Positions 1-10,657 of a stretch of 64,000 bases of DNA are shown one piece after another. The DNA lies in contig JAKFCT010000052.1 in assembly GCA_036676495.1 (NCBI GenBank), forward strand, positions 1 through 64,000, in the 5' to 3' direction. The position numbers and the translations under genes were made by a program. The notes under the pieces were generated by a model that saw only the letters and a program-made list of their open reading frames with translations, did no database searches and was not told the DNA's origin. The stretch comes from Candidatus Sericytochromatia bacterium. GTDB taxonomy: Bacteria; Cyanobacteriota; Sericytochromatia; S15B-MN24; UBA4093. Numbering within the stretch: the first letter of the stretch is position 1; the number at the start of each line of letters is the position of its first letter.

Positions 1-1
1 G

Positions 2-307
2 ATCCTGATGCCGATGATCAACGAGGCCATCTTCTGCCTCTACGAGGGCATCGCGACCAAGGAGGACATCGACACCGTCATGAAGCTCGGGATGAACCAT
101 CCCATGGGCCCCCTGACGCTGGCCGACTTCATCGGCCTCGATACCTGCCTCTTCATCATGGAGGTCTTGTACCGGGACTTCGCCGATTCCAAGTACCGCC
201 CCTGCCCCCTGCTCCGCAAGATGGTCCAGGCGGGGCAGCTCGGCCGCAAGACCGGCGCCGGCTTCTACACCTACGACGCGGCCCCCAAGGCCGTCGCCGC
301 CAAGTAA
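2..307 (+). CDS. hbd: 3-hydroxybutyryl-CoA dehydrogenase, C-terminal part (5'-truncated by the window edge)
   Basis: ILMPMINEA...[26 protein letters not shown]...[10 protein letters not shown] is the 3HCDH C-terminal signature; first gene of an acyl-CoA operon. Confidence 0.93.
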   Translation: MLMPMINEAIFCLYEGIATKEDIDTVMKLGMNHPMGPLTLADFIGLDTCLFIMEVLYRDFADSKYRPCPLLRKMVQAGQLGRKTGAGFYTYDAAPKAVAAK

Positions 308-319
308 TCGGAGCGTTTC

Positions 320-1492
320 ATGCACATCGAGCTGACTGAAAACCAGAAGGCGATTCAGGAGATGGTCCGCGAGTTCGCCGCTCGCGAGATCGCTCCGCAT
401 GTCGCCCAGTGGGATCGCGAGGAGCACTTCCCCGTCGACGTCTTCCGCCGCATGGGGGAGCTGGGCCTCCTGGGCCTCCCCCTTCCCGAGGAATGGGGCG
501 GTGGGGGTGGCACCTTCGGGGAGTACGCCGTCGCCATCGAAGAGCTCGCCAAGGTGGACGCCGGCCTCGCCTGCGCCTACTCGGTTCACGTCTCGGCCCA
601 TACCAACTCGGTCTACGAGTTCGGCACCGAAGAGCAAAAGCAAAAGTATCTCGCCAAGCTCTGCTCCGGCGAGCTGATCGGCGCTTTCGCGCTCACCGAG
701 CCCAGCTGCGGGTCGGATGCGTCGGCGTTGAAGACCAAGGCGGTGGAGGACGGGGATCATTACGTGCTCAACGGCACGAAGCAATGGATCACCAACGCCA
801 AGAGCGCGGGCCTCTTCCTGCTCTTCGCACGGACCAACCCCGACGAGCCTGGCGCCAAGGGCATCACGGCCTTCCTGATCGAAGCCGGGACCCCGGGCCT
901 CACCCTGGGCCGCAAGACCCACAAGATGGGCATGCGCTCGAGCGAGACCTACGACCTCGTGCTGGAGAACTGCCGGGTGCCGAAGTCGGCCGTCATCGGC
1001 ACGCTCAACGAGGGCTTCAAGATTGCCATGAAGACCCTGGATGCCGGCCGCGTCGGCATCGCGTCCCAGGCCCTGGGGATCGCCCAGGCGGCTTTGGACG
1101 AGGCCAAGAAGTTCGCGAACGAGCGGGAGGCCTTCGGCCAGCCCATCAACCGCTTCCAGGCCATCCAGTGGAAGATCGCCGACATGGCGGTGCGGATCAA
1201 CGCGTCCCGGCTGCTGACCTATCGGGCGGCCTCCTTGAAGGATCAGGGCCTGCCCTGCACCAAGGAAGGCGCGATGGCCAAGCTCTTCGCGAGCCGCACG
1301 GCTCGTGAGGCCTGCAACGAGTCGCTGCAGATCCATGGCGGCTACGGCTACACCGATGAGTTCGCCATCGAGCGCCACTACCGCGATGCGAAGGTGACCG
1401 AGATCTACGAGGGCACGTCCGAGATCCAGAAGATCGTGATCTCGCGCGCCGTGCTCGGTCAGACCTCGTCTCGCCAGGCCGCGAAGGTCTAA
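320..1492 (+). CDS. Acyl-CoA dehydrogenase (short/branched-chain type)
   Basis: FALTEPSCGSDA, LNGTKQWITN, QIHGGYGY and IYEGTSEIQ motifs; 390 aa. Confidence 0.95.
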   Translation: MHIELTENQKAIQEMVREFAAREIAPHVAQWDREEHFPVDVFRRMGELGLLGLPLPEEWGGGGGTFGEYAVAIEELAKVDAGLACAYSVHVSAHTNSVYEFGTEEQKQKYLAKLCSGELIGAFALTEPSCGSDASALKTKAVEDGDHYVLNGTKQWITNAKSAGLFLLFARTNPDEPGAKGITAFLIEAGTPGLTLGRKTHKMGMRSSETYDLVLENCRVPKSAVIGTLNEGFKIAMKTLDAGRVGIASQALGIAQAALDEAKKFANEREAFGQPINRFQAIQWKIADMAVRINASRLLTYRAASLKDQGLPCTKEGAMAKLFASRTAREACNESLQIHGGYGYTDEFAIERHYRDAKVTEIYEGTSEIQKIVISRAVLGQTSSRQAAKV

Positions 1493-1507
1493 GGAAGGAG
1501 CGCAACG

Positions 1508-2653
<1,146 letters not shown>

Positions 2654-2666
2654 CGCGTCAATCGTC

Positions 2667-3650
2667 ATGTCCGAGCGCGTCATCGACTATGCGGCGCGGG
2701 TGAAGGCCGGCGATCGCCGGGCCCTGGCCCGCCTCATCACCCTGGTGGAGAACCGGGATCCGCTCGCCAAGCAAGCCGTGGCCCAGCTTTACGCGGATAC
2801 GGGACGGGCGTGGTTGGTGGGGATCACGGGGCCTCCGGGAGCCGGCAAGAGCTCGCTGGTGGACCTCCTGGTCACCGCCATTCGGCGTGACGGGCTGAGC
2901 GTCGGGGTGGTCGCCGTCGATCCGTCGAGTCCCTTCTCGGGGGGAGCGATCCTCGGCGATCGCATCCGCATGAAGAGCCATGCCTCGGATTCTGGGGTCT
3001 TCATCCGCTCGATGTCCAGCCGGGGGCACCTGGGTGGTCTGTCGCTCGCGACCAAGTCGGCGTGCCGGGTCCTGGACGCAGCCGGTTTCGACGTGATCAT
3101 CGTCGAGACGGTCGGCGTGGGGCAATCCGAAGTGGAGATCGCCCAGGCCGCGGATACCACCTTGCTGGTGATGCCTCCCAACCTGGGGGACGGGATCCAG
3201 GCGATCAAGGCGGGGATCATGGAAGTCCCGGATCTCTTCGTGATCAACAAGGCGGACCTGCCGGGGGCGCAGGCGGCGGCGGCGGAGATTCGCGCGATGC
3301 TGGCGCTGGATCATGCTCCGGACTGGGAGCCTCCGGTGCTGTTGACCGAGAGCACGGCGTCGACCTTCGAGGCCTCGCATCTGGCGGAGGTCTGGCAGGC
3401 GATTCGGCGTCACCGGGACCACCTGGAGTCGTCCGGGGAGCTGGCGCGGCGGCGGTCGCAAACGCTTCGCGAGGAGGTCTTCCAGGAGGCGCTCGGGAAG
3501 CTTCTGGAGGTGACGCGCCAGGAAGTGGGGTCTTCGCGCTTCGAGCCGATCGCCCAGGAGCTGCTGGCGCGCAGCCTCGACCCGCAGGAAGCGGCCGAGC
3601 GGCTGCTGGATCGCTTGGTCGCGTGCCTGCAACCAAGCGCCCGCGGCTAA
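2667..3650 (+). CDS. meaB: Acyl-CoA mutase-associated GTPase MeaB/ArgK
   Basis: GITGPPGAGKSS P-loop, AVDPSSPFSGGAILGDRIRM, VETVGVGQSE, INKAD. Confidence 0.95.
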   Translation: MSERVIDYAARVKAGDRRALARLITLVENRDPLAKQAVAQLYADTGRAWLVGITGPPGAGKSSLVDLLVTAIRRDGLSVGVVAVDPSSPFSGGAILGDRIRMKSHASDSGVFIRSMSSRGHLGGLSLATKSACRVLDAAGFDVIIVETVGVGQSEVEIAQAADTTLLVMPPNLGDGIQAIKAGIMEVPDLFVINKADLPGAQAAAAEIRAMLALDHAPDWEPPVLLTESTASTFEASHLAEVWQAIRRHRDHLESSGELARRRSQTLREEVFQEALGKLLEVTRQEVGSSRFEPIAQELLARSLDPQEAAERLLDRLVACLQPSARG

Positions 3651-3713
3651 AACAAGCTAGAATCGCGGCTAAGACAGGCTAGAATCGCGGCTAAAACACG
3701 TTAGAATCGCGGC
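3642..3713. repeat. Tandem repeat, 22-bp unit x3.3 (CGCGGCTAARACANNYTAGAAT)
   Basis: Units at 3642-3663, 3664-3685 and 3686-3707 plus partial CGCGGC; overlaps the meaB stop; each unit ends in TAGAAT. Confidence 0.95.
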
Positions 3714-3780
3714 AATGGCAGGCGAGATTCGCCGCGGGATCGTTCGCAACATCGACGCAGAGTTTATGGGAGGTGAGCTT

Positions 3781-4083
3781 TTGATTCTCGAGGTATTGAC
3801 CGTTCGCTTGGATCCGGCGCGACGCGAGGAGTATCTCGCGCTGGACCGGGAGGTCTGGACGGAGACCCAGCGCAAGCACCCCGGTTTCTTGCGCAAGGAG
3901 GCTTGGCTGGGAGAGGATCCGGACGAGGTCACCTTCGGGGTTTGGTGGGAGAGTCGGGAGGCGCTGGCGGCGTTCCCGGCGACGCTCACGGCCGAGCTGG
4001 ATCGGCGGATGGAGGAGATCCCCGCGACGATCGTCGGAGTGAGGGTCCTGGATATCGCTCCCGTCTCATGCTGCGAGCCGTAG
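3781..4083 (+). CDS. TIGR03792-like / antibiotic-biosynthesis-monooxygenase-fold protein
   Basis: ILEVLTVRLDPARREEYLALDREVWT...HPGFLRKEAW...WWESRE pattern; TTG start chosen for GGAGGTG at 3769-3775 (ATG 3715 is an alternative). Confidence 0.7.
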   Translation: MILEVLTVRLDPARREEYLALDREVWTETQRKHPGFLRKEAWLGEDPDEVTFGVWWESREALAAFPATLTAELDRRMEEIPATIVGVRVLDIAPVSCCEP

Positions 4084-4136
4084 CAATTCGTTAGCATTCC
4101 GGCAATTGATTTCCCCGGCGGGGAGGACTATGGTGA

Positions 4137-4168
4137 GGGCATCGCGGACGCGGCGCCCCCCTTTTTTT
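4137..4168 (+). terminator. Probable intrinsic terminator of the hbd-meaB operon
   Basis: Imperfect GC hairpin (GGGCATCGCG/CGCGGCGCCC) followed closely by T7. Confidence 0.5.
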
Positions 4169-4223
4169 CGGCGGGGCTTGACCCGAGGACGCCGAGGCAT
4201 TTTCATGAAGGAGGGGGCAGATC

Positions 4224-4376
4224 ATGATCGTCGTGGAAACCCTGCGGGGTGGCGATCGTGCAGCTTGCGCCTGGCGCCGCCACCCCCTCCATGCCGCTGT
4301 TCCGCCGATGGTGACCTGGAGTCATCGCGGCGGTTTTGAGTATCTTCCTCCCTATGAGGGCCCCCCTCGCGTCTGA
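4224..4376 (+). CDS. Putative 50-aa leader peptide upstream of sulP (below ORF-track cutoff)
   Basis: AAGGAGG at 4208-4214, then MIVVETLRGGDRAACAWRRHPLHAAVPPMVTWSHRGGFEYLPPYEGPPRV*. Confidence 0.5.
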   Translation: MIVVETLRGGDRAACAWRRHPLHAAVPPMVTWSHRGGFEYLPPYEGPPRV

Positions 4377-4415
4377 CTTGGCCGTCGTTTTCTTCCCATG
4401 CCAAGGAGTCGTTAG

Positions 4416-6065
4416 ATGTCGCTCTCTCCCGGGACTTCCCGCTTAACGCTGCACGCGCCCCATGCCCTGAAGGGGGATCTGATGGGCGGCTTGACCGCCG
4501 CCATCGTCGCGCTTCCGCTCGCCCTCGCCTTCGCGGTGGCCAGCGGCGTCGACCCCAAGGCGGGCCTCTACGCCGCCATCGTCGCCGGCATCATCGCCTC
4601 CCTCTTCGGAGGGTCTCCCGTTCAGATCACCGGTCCCACCGGGGCCATGGCCGTCATCCTGGTCGGACTCGTCAGCCAGTACGGCATCGAGAAGATCTGG
4701 ATCGCCGGCATCCTCGCCGGCCTCATGCAGATCGGGCTCGGCCTGCTCAAGATGGGCAAGCTCATCACCTTTTTCCCCTACCCCGTGATCATCGGCTTCA
4801 CCAACGGCATCGCGGTGATCATCTTCACCGGCCAGCTCGGGGCCTTCCTCGGGGTCAAAGTCGACGCCGGCCACGGCTTCCTCCCGATGATGCAAGGCCT
4901 CGCCGCCATGGTCCCGAGCGTCAACCCAGCGGCCATCGCCATCGGGGCCCTGGTGATCGTGACCATGGTCCTCTGGCCCCGCATCAACGCGGTCCTGCCC
5001 GGAGCGGCAACCGTCCCGGGATCCCTGGTCGGCCTGATCCTGGCGACGGTCGCAGCCAGCCTCCTGCACCTCGACATCCCGCGGATCGGCGTCATCCCCC
5101 AGAGCCTGCCGATGCCGCAGCTTCCGGAGTTCGACCTCGCCATCGTCAAGGATCTCATCAAGCCCGCCATCGCGCTGGCGGCCTTGGGATCCATCGAGTC
5201 GTTGCTCTCGGCCGTGGTCGCCGACGGCATGACGGGCCAGAAGCACAAGCCCAACCAGGAGCTCATCGGACAGGGTTTGGCCAACGTGGCCGTGCCCTTC
5301 TTCGGGGGCATTCCGGTGACGGGGGCGATCGCCCGCACCGCCGTCAACATCCGCTCCGGCGGACGGACGCGCCTCTCCGGCGTGATTCATGGCGTCGTCC
5401 TCGCCATCATCGTCCTGGCCTTCGCTCCCCTGGCCGGTCAGATCCCCCTGGCCGCCCTCGCGGGCATCCTCATGGTCACCGCTTACCGCATGCTCGAGTG
5501 GCATCAGGTCAAGCTCATGGCCAACTCGACCAAGTCCGACCTCTTCGTCCTCTTGCTCACCTGGGGCGTCACCATCTTCTTCGACCTGATCCTGGCGGTG
5601 GAGGTCGGTCTCATCGCCGCGGCGGCCCTCTTCCTGCGCCGCATGACCGACCTGCACCTGATCAAGATGCCCAACGAGACCATCCTGCCCCCCGGCGACC
5701 CCACCCAGATCCCGGCGGACATGGCCGTCTACCAGATTGCCGGCCCGCTGTTCTTCGGGGCCGCCACGGAGTTCGCCGACACCCTCAAGGAGCACCGCCG
5801 GATCCGCGTCCTGCTCCTGCGGATGCGCGCGGTTCCCAACATCGACGCGACCGCCGCCGTCTCCCTCGAGGAGATCGTCGATACCCTCAACGCCCGCGGG
5901 ATTCGCGTGGTCTTCAGCGGCTTCGACCCGCAGGTCCTGTCGGTGCTCGACCGCATGGGGATTCTATCCAAGATCGGTCCGCAAAACGTCTTCGAGACCT
6001 CCCTGGACGCGATTCACGCCATCTCCCCGCCTGCGGGCGAGCCCGCCGCCGAACCTTCCGCCTGA
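4416..6065 (+). CDS. SulP/SLC26 inorganic anion transporter with STAS domain (BicA/DauA-like)
   Basis: GLTAAIVALPLALAF, ITGPTGAM, IESLLSA, NQELIGQGLAN, GAIART and GPLFFGAA (STAS). Confidence 0.95.
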   Translation: MSLSPGTSRLTLHAPHALKGDLMGGLTAAIVALPLALAFAVASGVDPKAGLYAAIVAGIIASLFGGSPVQITGPTGAMAVILVGLVSQYGIEKIWIAGILAGLMQIGLGLLKMGKLITFFPYPVIIGFTNGIAVIIFTGQLGAFLGVKVDAGHGFLPMMQGLAAMVPSVNPAAIAIGALVIVTMVLWPRINAVLPGAATVPGSLVGLILATVAASLLHLDIPRIGVIPQSLPMPQLPEFDLAIVKDLIKPAIALAALGSIESLLSAVVADGMTGQKHKPNQELIGQGLANVAVPFFGGIPVTGAIARTAVNIRSGGRTRLSGVIHGVVLAIIVLAFAPLAGQIPLAALAGILMVTAYRMLEWHQVKLMANSTKSDLFVLLLTWGVTIFFDLILAVEVGLIAAAALFLRRMTDLHLIKMPNETILPPGDPTQIPADMAVYQIAGPLFFGAATEFADTLKEHRRIRVLLLRMRAVPNIDATAAVSLEEIVDTLNARGIRVVFSGFDPQVLSVLDRMGILSKIGPQNVFETSLDAIHAISPPAGEPAAEPSA

Positions 6066-6085
6066 TCCGATTCCCATGTGTCCGT

Positions 6086-6121
6086 CTGAATCCCCCGAGG
6101 CCCGTCCCTCGGGGGATTCAG
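6086..6121. terminator. Perfect 15-bp hairpin between sulP and icmF
   Basis: CTGAATCCCCCGAGG-cccgtc-CCTCGGGGGATTCAG; no U-tract, so it may be a stabiliser or pause site rather than a terminator. Confidence 0.55.
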
Positions 6122-6211
6122 GCTGCCTGGGTGGCATGCGGCCTGCATCCGAGCTAGAATAGAGGGAAACTCGCAACGTCGGCGCTCGCGCCTTTTTTCT
6201 ACGGAGACACC

Positions 6212-9200
6212 ATGGAAGCTACCGCCAGCCGGTCCCCGGCCAGCCGCAACGACGCGGTTTCGCCCTACCAGACCCGTCACAAGGTCCGCTTCGTCACCGC
6301 CGCCTCGCTCTTCGACGGACACGACGCCACGATCAACATCATGCGCCGGATCCTTCAGTCCACCGGCGTCGAGGTCATCCACCTCGGCCATAACCGCAGC
6401 GTGGCGGAGATCGTGGATACCGCCATCCAGGAAGACGCGCAGGGCATCGCGCTGACCTCGTATCAGGGCGGCCACCTCGAGTACTTCAAGTACATGATCG
6501 ACCTGCTGCGCGAGCGGGGCGCCGGCCACATCAAGGTCTTCGGCGGCGGCGGCGGCGTGATCGTGCCCTCCGAGATCGCGGAGCTCGAAGCGTACGGCGT
6601 CTCCAAGCTCTTCTCTCCCGAGGACGGCCGCAAGATGGGCCTTCAGGGCATGATCGACCTGATGGTCGAAGCCTGTGACGTCGACCTCGCCGAGCAGCTC
6701 CCGGCGAACGGCCCCGCGGTGTCGGTCGGGGACGCGAGCGCGATCGCCCGCCTGATCACCCTGGCCGAGGCCGAGCACCGCCATGAGGACTTCCGGGTCC
6801 GCGACCTCCTGCACAAGATCCAGGACAAGGCCCAGGACCGCATGACGCCCGTTCTGGGCATCACCGGCACCGGCGGCGCTGGCAAGTCCAGCCTGACGGA
6901 CGAACTGGTTCGCCGCTTCCTGGTCGACTTCCCCACCAAGACGGTCGCGATCCTCTCGGTGGATCCCAGCAAGCGCAAGACCGGGGGCGCCCTCCTGGGC
7001 GATCGCATCCGGATGAACGCCATCTACAACTCCCGCGTCTACATGCGCTCGCTCGCCACCCGCGCCGCGCATACCGCCACCAGCAAGGCCCTTCGTGACG
7101 CGATCGCCATCGTCAAGGCCGCCGGCTACGACCTCGTCATCGTCGAGACCGCGGGCATCGGCCAGTCCGACTCCGCCATCGTCGACATGGTCGACGCCTC
7201 CCTCTACGTCATGACCTCGGAGTTCGGCGCCGCCACCCAGCTCGAGAAGATCGACATGATCGACTACGCCGACCTGGTGGCCATCAACAAGTTCGACAAG
7301 CGCGGGGCCGAGGATGCCCTCCGCGACGTCCGCAAGCAGTACCAGCGCGGCCACCAGCGCTTCGCCGATGCGGTCGAACAGATGCCCGTCTACGGCACCA
7401 TCGCCAGCCAGTTCAACGATGCCGGTACCAACTGGCTCTACGTCAACCTGATCGACACGATCGCCAAGAAAGCCGGCCTCGACTGGCAGTCCCACCTCGA
7501 CGTCGCCGAGAAGGAATCCCGCAAGCAGGCCGTGATCCCGCCCGAGCGCTCGCGCTACCTCGCGGAGATCGCCGATACCGTTCAGGGCTACAAGCAGCGC
7601 GCCCAGGACCAGGCGGAGCGCGCCCGGGACGCCTACGGCTTCCACCAGTCCCTCAAGGCTCTCGGGGACGCCGTTCCCGCCATGGCCGGCCTCTATGATC
7701 AGGCCCAGCTGACCGATTCGGCGATCGATCCGGTCATCCGGCTCCTGCGCCAGCGCTACCAGGAGGCCCTGCTCGACCTCGACGGCGACTCGCTGCGCCT
7801 GCTTCAAACCTGGAACGACACCCGCGAGGCCTACACCAAGCCCGTCCACTCCTACACCGTCCGCGGCAAGGAGATCCGGGTCACCAACACCACCGAATCG
7901 CTTTCGCACCTGATGATCCCCAAGATCGCCCTGCCCAAGTACCGGGACTGGGGCGACGTGCTCGCGTGGCTCTTGCTGGAGAACGTGCCGGGCCGCTACC
8001 CCTACACCGCGGGCGTCTTCGAGTACAAGCGCCAGGGCGAGGATCCCACCCGCATGTTCGCGGGCGAGGGCACTCCCGAGCGCACCAACAAGCGCTTCCA
8101 CTACGTCTCGAAGGGGCAGCCCGCCGTCCGTCTCTCGACGGCCTTCGACTCGGTCACCCTCTACGGCGAGGATCCGGATCTGCGCCCGGACATCTACGGC
8201 AAGATCGGCAACTCCGGCGTTTCCGTCTGCACCCTGGATGACGCCAAGAAGCTCTACTCGGGCTTCGACCTCTGCGCGCCCAACACCTCGGTCTCCAAGA
8301 CCATCAACGGGCCCGCGCCGATGATCCTGGCCTTCTTCCTCAACGCCGCCATCGACCAGCAGGTCGAGAAGTACCTCCTGGCCAACGGCCTCTGGGAGGC
8401 CGCCGAGGCCAAGATCGATGCCTACTTCCGCGAGAAGGGCCTCGCGCGGCCCGCGTACAGCGGCGCCGACGTGCCCGAAGGAGAGCGCCTCCTCGGCCTG
8501 CGCACGCTGGGCATCACCGGCGACATGCTCGTCGATGCCGAGACGTACGCGCGGATCAAGGCGGACACGCTCTGCGCGGTCCGCGGCACGGTCCAGGCCG
8601 ATATCCTCAAGGAGGACCAGGCCCAGAATACCTGCATCTTCTCCACCGAGTTCGCCCTGCGCATGATGGGAGACATCCAGCAGTTCTTCATCGAGCAAGG
8701 GGTGCGCAACTACTACTCGGTCTCGATCTCGGGCTACCACATCGCCGAGGCGGGGGCGAACCCCATCAGCCAGCTGGCGTTCACCCTGGCCAACGGCTTC
8801 ACCTTCGTCGAGTACTACCTGAGCCGCGGGATGAAGATCGACGACTTCGCCCCCAACCTGAGCTTCTTCTTCTCGAACGGCATCGACCCCGAGTACGCGG
8901 TGATTGGCCGGGTGGCCCGCCGCATCTGGTCCACCGCGATGAAGTACAAGTTCAAGGGCAACGAGCGCAGTCAGAAGCTCAAGTACCATATCCAGACCTC
9001 CGGCCGCAGCCTGCATGCCCAGGAGATCGACTTCAACGACATCCGGACGACGTTGCAGGCGCTCTACGCCATCTACGACAACTGCAACTCGCTCCACACC
9101 AACGCCTACGACGAGGCGATCACCACTCCGACCGAGGATTCGGTTCGTCGGGCCATGGCCATCCAGCTCATCATCAACCGGGAGCTGGGCCTCGCCAAGA

Positions 9201-9685
9201 ACGAGAACCCCCTGCAGGGCGCCTTCATCATCGAGGAGCTGACGGAGCTGGTGGAGGAGGCCGTGTTGGCCGAATTCCGCCGTCTCTCGGATCGCGGCGG
9301 CGTCCTGGGCGCCATGGAGACCATGTACCAGCGCGGCAAGATCCAGGAGGAATCCCTCCATTACGAGCACCTCAAGCACTCCGGCGAGCTCCCCATCATC
9401 GGGGTCAACACCTTCCTGCGGGAAGGCGGCCATGACTCCACGCCGGCGGAGCTGGAGCTGATGCGCTCGACCGAGGAGGAGAAGCGCCAGCAGATCTCCA
9501 ACCTGGAAGCCTTCAAGCTCCGGAACGCCGAGAAGGCCGAACAGGCCCTCGCGCGCCTCCAGGAGGTGGCCACCTCGGGCGGCAACCTCTTCGCCGAGCT
9601 GATGGAGACCACCAAGGTCTGCTCGCTGGGGCAGATCAGCCGCGCCCTCTACGAGGTCGGCGGCCAGTACCGGCGCTCGATGTAG
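6212..9685 (+). CDS. icmF: Fused isobutyryl-CoA mutase/GTPase IcmF
   Basis: N-terminal B12-binding [13 protein letters not shown], central G-domain GTGGAGKSS...GDRIRMN, C-terminal mutase barrel [33 protein letters not shown]. Confidence 0.96.
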   Translation: MEATASRSPASRNDAVSPYQTRHKVRFVTAASLFDGHDATINIMRRILQSTGVEVIHLGHNRSVAEIVDTAIQEDAQGIALTSYQGGHLEYFKYMIDLLRERGAGHIKVFGGGGGVIVPSEIAELEAYGVSKLFSPEDGRKMGLQGMIDLMVEACDVDLAEQLPANGPAVSVGDASAIARLITLAEAEHRHEDFRVRDLLHKIQDKAQDRMTPVLGITGTGGAGKSSLTDELVRRFLVDFPTKTVAILSVDPSKRKTGGALLGDRIRMNAIYNSRVYMRSLATRAAHTATSKALRDAIAIVKAAGYDLVIVETAGIGQSDSAIVDMVDASLYVMTSEFGAATQLEKIDMIDYADLVAINKFDKRGAEDALRDVRKQYQRGHQRFADAVEQMPVYGTIASQFNDAGTNWLYVNLIDTIAKKAGLDWQSHLDVAEKESRKQAVIPPERSRYLAEIADTVQGYKQRAQDQAERARDAYGFHQSLKALGDAVPAMAGLYDQAQLTDSAIDPVIRLLRQRYQEALLDLDGDSLRLLQTWNDTREAYTKPVHSYTVRGKEIRVTNTTESLSHLMIPKIALPKYRDWGDVLAWLLLENVPGRYPYTAGVFEYKRQGEDPTRMFAGEGTPERTNKRFHYVSKGQPAVRLSTAFDSVTLYGEDPDLRPDIYGKIGNSGVSVCTLDDAKKLYSGFDLCAPNTSVSKTINGPAPMILAFFLNAAIDQQVEKYLLANGLWEAAEAKIDAYFREKGLARPAYSGADVPEGERLLGLRTLGITGDMLVDAETYARIKADTLCAVRGTVQADILKEDQAQNTCIFSTEFALRMMGDIQQFFIEQGVRNYYSVSISGYHIAEAGANPISQLAFTLANGFTFVEYYLSRGMKIDDFAPNLSFFFSNGIDPEYAVIGRVARRIWSTAMKYKFKGNERSQKLKYHIQTSGRSLHAQEIDFNDIRTTLQALYAIYDNCNSLHTNAYDEAITTPTEDSVRRAMAIQLIINRELGLAKNENPLQGAFIIEELTELVEEAVLAEFRRLSDRGGVLGAMETMYQRGKIQEESLHYEHLKHSGELPIIGVNTFLREGGHDSTPAELELMRSTEEEKRQQISNLEAFKLRNAEKAEQALARLQEVATSGGNLFAELMETTKVCSLGQISRALYEVGGQYRRSM

Positions 9686-9695
9686 GAGGCCTTCC

Positions 9696-10160
9696 TTGGC
9701 GGAAGCAAACGCGATGCTTGGATTCTCCGTGAGCGAGCTGACCCTCTCCATCCTGGACGGGTTTCTCGCTGCGGCCGAGCTGCACCTGGGCGAGGCGAGC
9801 CCGAGCGCTCCTCGGCTTGCCTCCCCCGATCCCATGCAGGCATGGCTGGCGCTCAAGAGCGCGGGCGCGCTCATGGATCAGCTCGCGACGGTCATGAGCG
9901 AGGATGTCCGCGTGCCGCTCTACGCCCGTCTGACGTACCTCTTCGAGCGCTTCGAGGAACACTTGCCACCGGGCTCGTCCGACAACCGGACGTCCCCGGT
10001 GGCCTCCCTCGAAGGAGTGGTCGAGGAGGCGCTGAAATCGATGCACGAGCCGGACGAGGCCAAGCCCATGGCCCCTGAGGCTCCGGCGGCCCCGGCGGTT
10101 CCAGGCACGGGCCTGCCGCGGCGCGGATCCGGCTTGCTCTTTCCCCCGAGAGGACGGTAG
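9696..10160 (+). CDS. Hypothetical protein, DUF1844-like helical domain, paralog 1
   Basis: AGGAGG then TTG start; FLAAAELHLGE...AWLAL..AGAL pattern shared with the next gene. Confidence 0.65.
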   Translation: MAEANAMLGFSVSELTLSILDGFLAAAELHLGEASPSAPRLASPDPMQAWLALKSAGALMDQLATVMSEDVRVPLYARLTYLFERFEEHLPPGSSDNRTSPVASLEGVVEEALKSMHEPDEAKPMAPEAPAAPAVPGTGLPRRGSGLLFPPRGR

Positions 10161-10163
10161 CCC

Positions 10164-10487
10164 ATGGCGGAAGCCCTTCCGGAGTTCAAGGTCGGTCAGC
10201 TCGTGGCCGACGCCATCAACGCCTTCCTGTCGGCGGCGGCCCTTCACCTCGGAGAGGCGACCCCGGACGGGGAGCAGGTGGCCATGCCGAGTCCCTCGGA
10301 GGCATGGCTCGCGCTCATGGGCGCCAGCGCCCTGGTCGGAGAGCTTTCCGAGCACATGGCCGCTCCCATGCGGCAGTACTTCCAGCAGGCCCTGGACAGC
10401 TTGCTGTTGAAGTTCGCGGAACGCTTCCCCGACGAGGAAGTGCCGGCTCCGGGATTGCTCCTCGCGAAGCTTTCCCGAGACTCCTAG
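10164..10487 (+). CDS. Hypothetical protein, DUF1844-like helical domain, paralog 2
   Basis: FLSAAALHLGE...AWLAL..ASAL; starts 3 nt after paralog 1. Confidence 0.7.
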   Translation: MAEALPEFKVGQLVADAINAFLSAAALHLGEATPDGEQVAMPSPSEAWLALMGASALVGELSEHMAAPMRQYFQQALDSLLLKFAERFPDEEVPAPGLLLAKLSRDS

Positions 10488-10610
10488 AGCGATCTTCGTT
10501 GCTGCAGGACAGCGAGCTTTGACTTTTAGCCTCTATCCATGCGGTTCGCGGTTAACGCTCGCATTCCTAGTCTCCAGCCACGGGCGCCTCGCCACAGCCG
10601 CGGGCGCATC

Positions 10611-10651
10611 AAAGACGAGAGGCGGCCTTTCGGCCGCCTCTCGTCTTTTTT
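10611..10651. terminator. Bidirectional intrinsic terminator
   Basis: AAAGACGAGAGGCGGCC-tttc-GGCCGCCTCTCGTCTTT plus T tail, between convergent genes. Confidence 0.9.
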
Positions 10652-10657
10652 GCCGCG

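Noticed and set aside
3642-3713. 22-bp repeats as a mini CRISPR array
   Set aside because: Units are contiguous with no unique spacers, and no cas genes are present
6122-6211. Cobalamin riboswitch upstream of icmF
   Set aside because: The gap is too short and has no B12-box or conserved core sequences
6014-9874. 1286-aa minus-strand ORF and similar long antisense ORFs (e.g. 16859-18358, 24036-25772, 46857-48359, 62193-63992)
   Set aside because: Shadow frames of high-GC genes; they lie opposite clearly identified proteins and show no motifs
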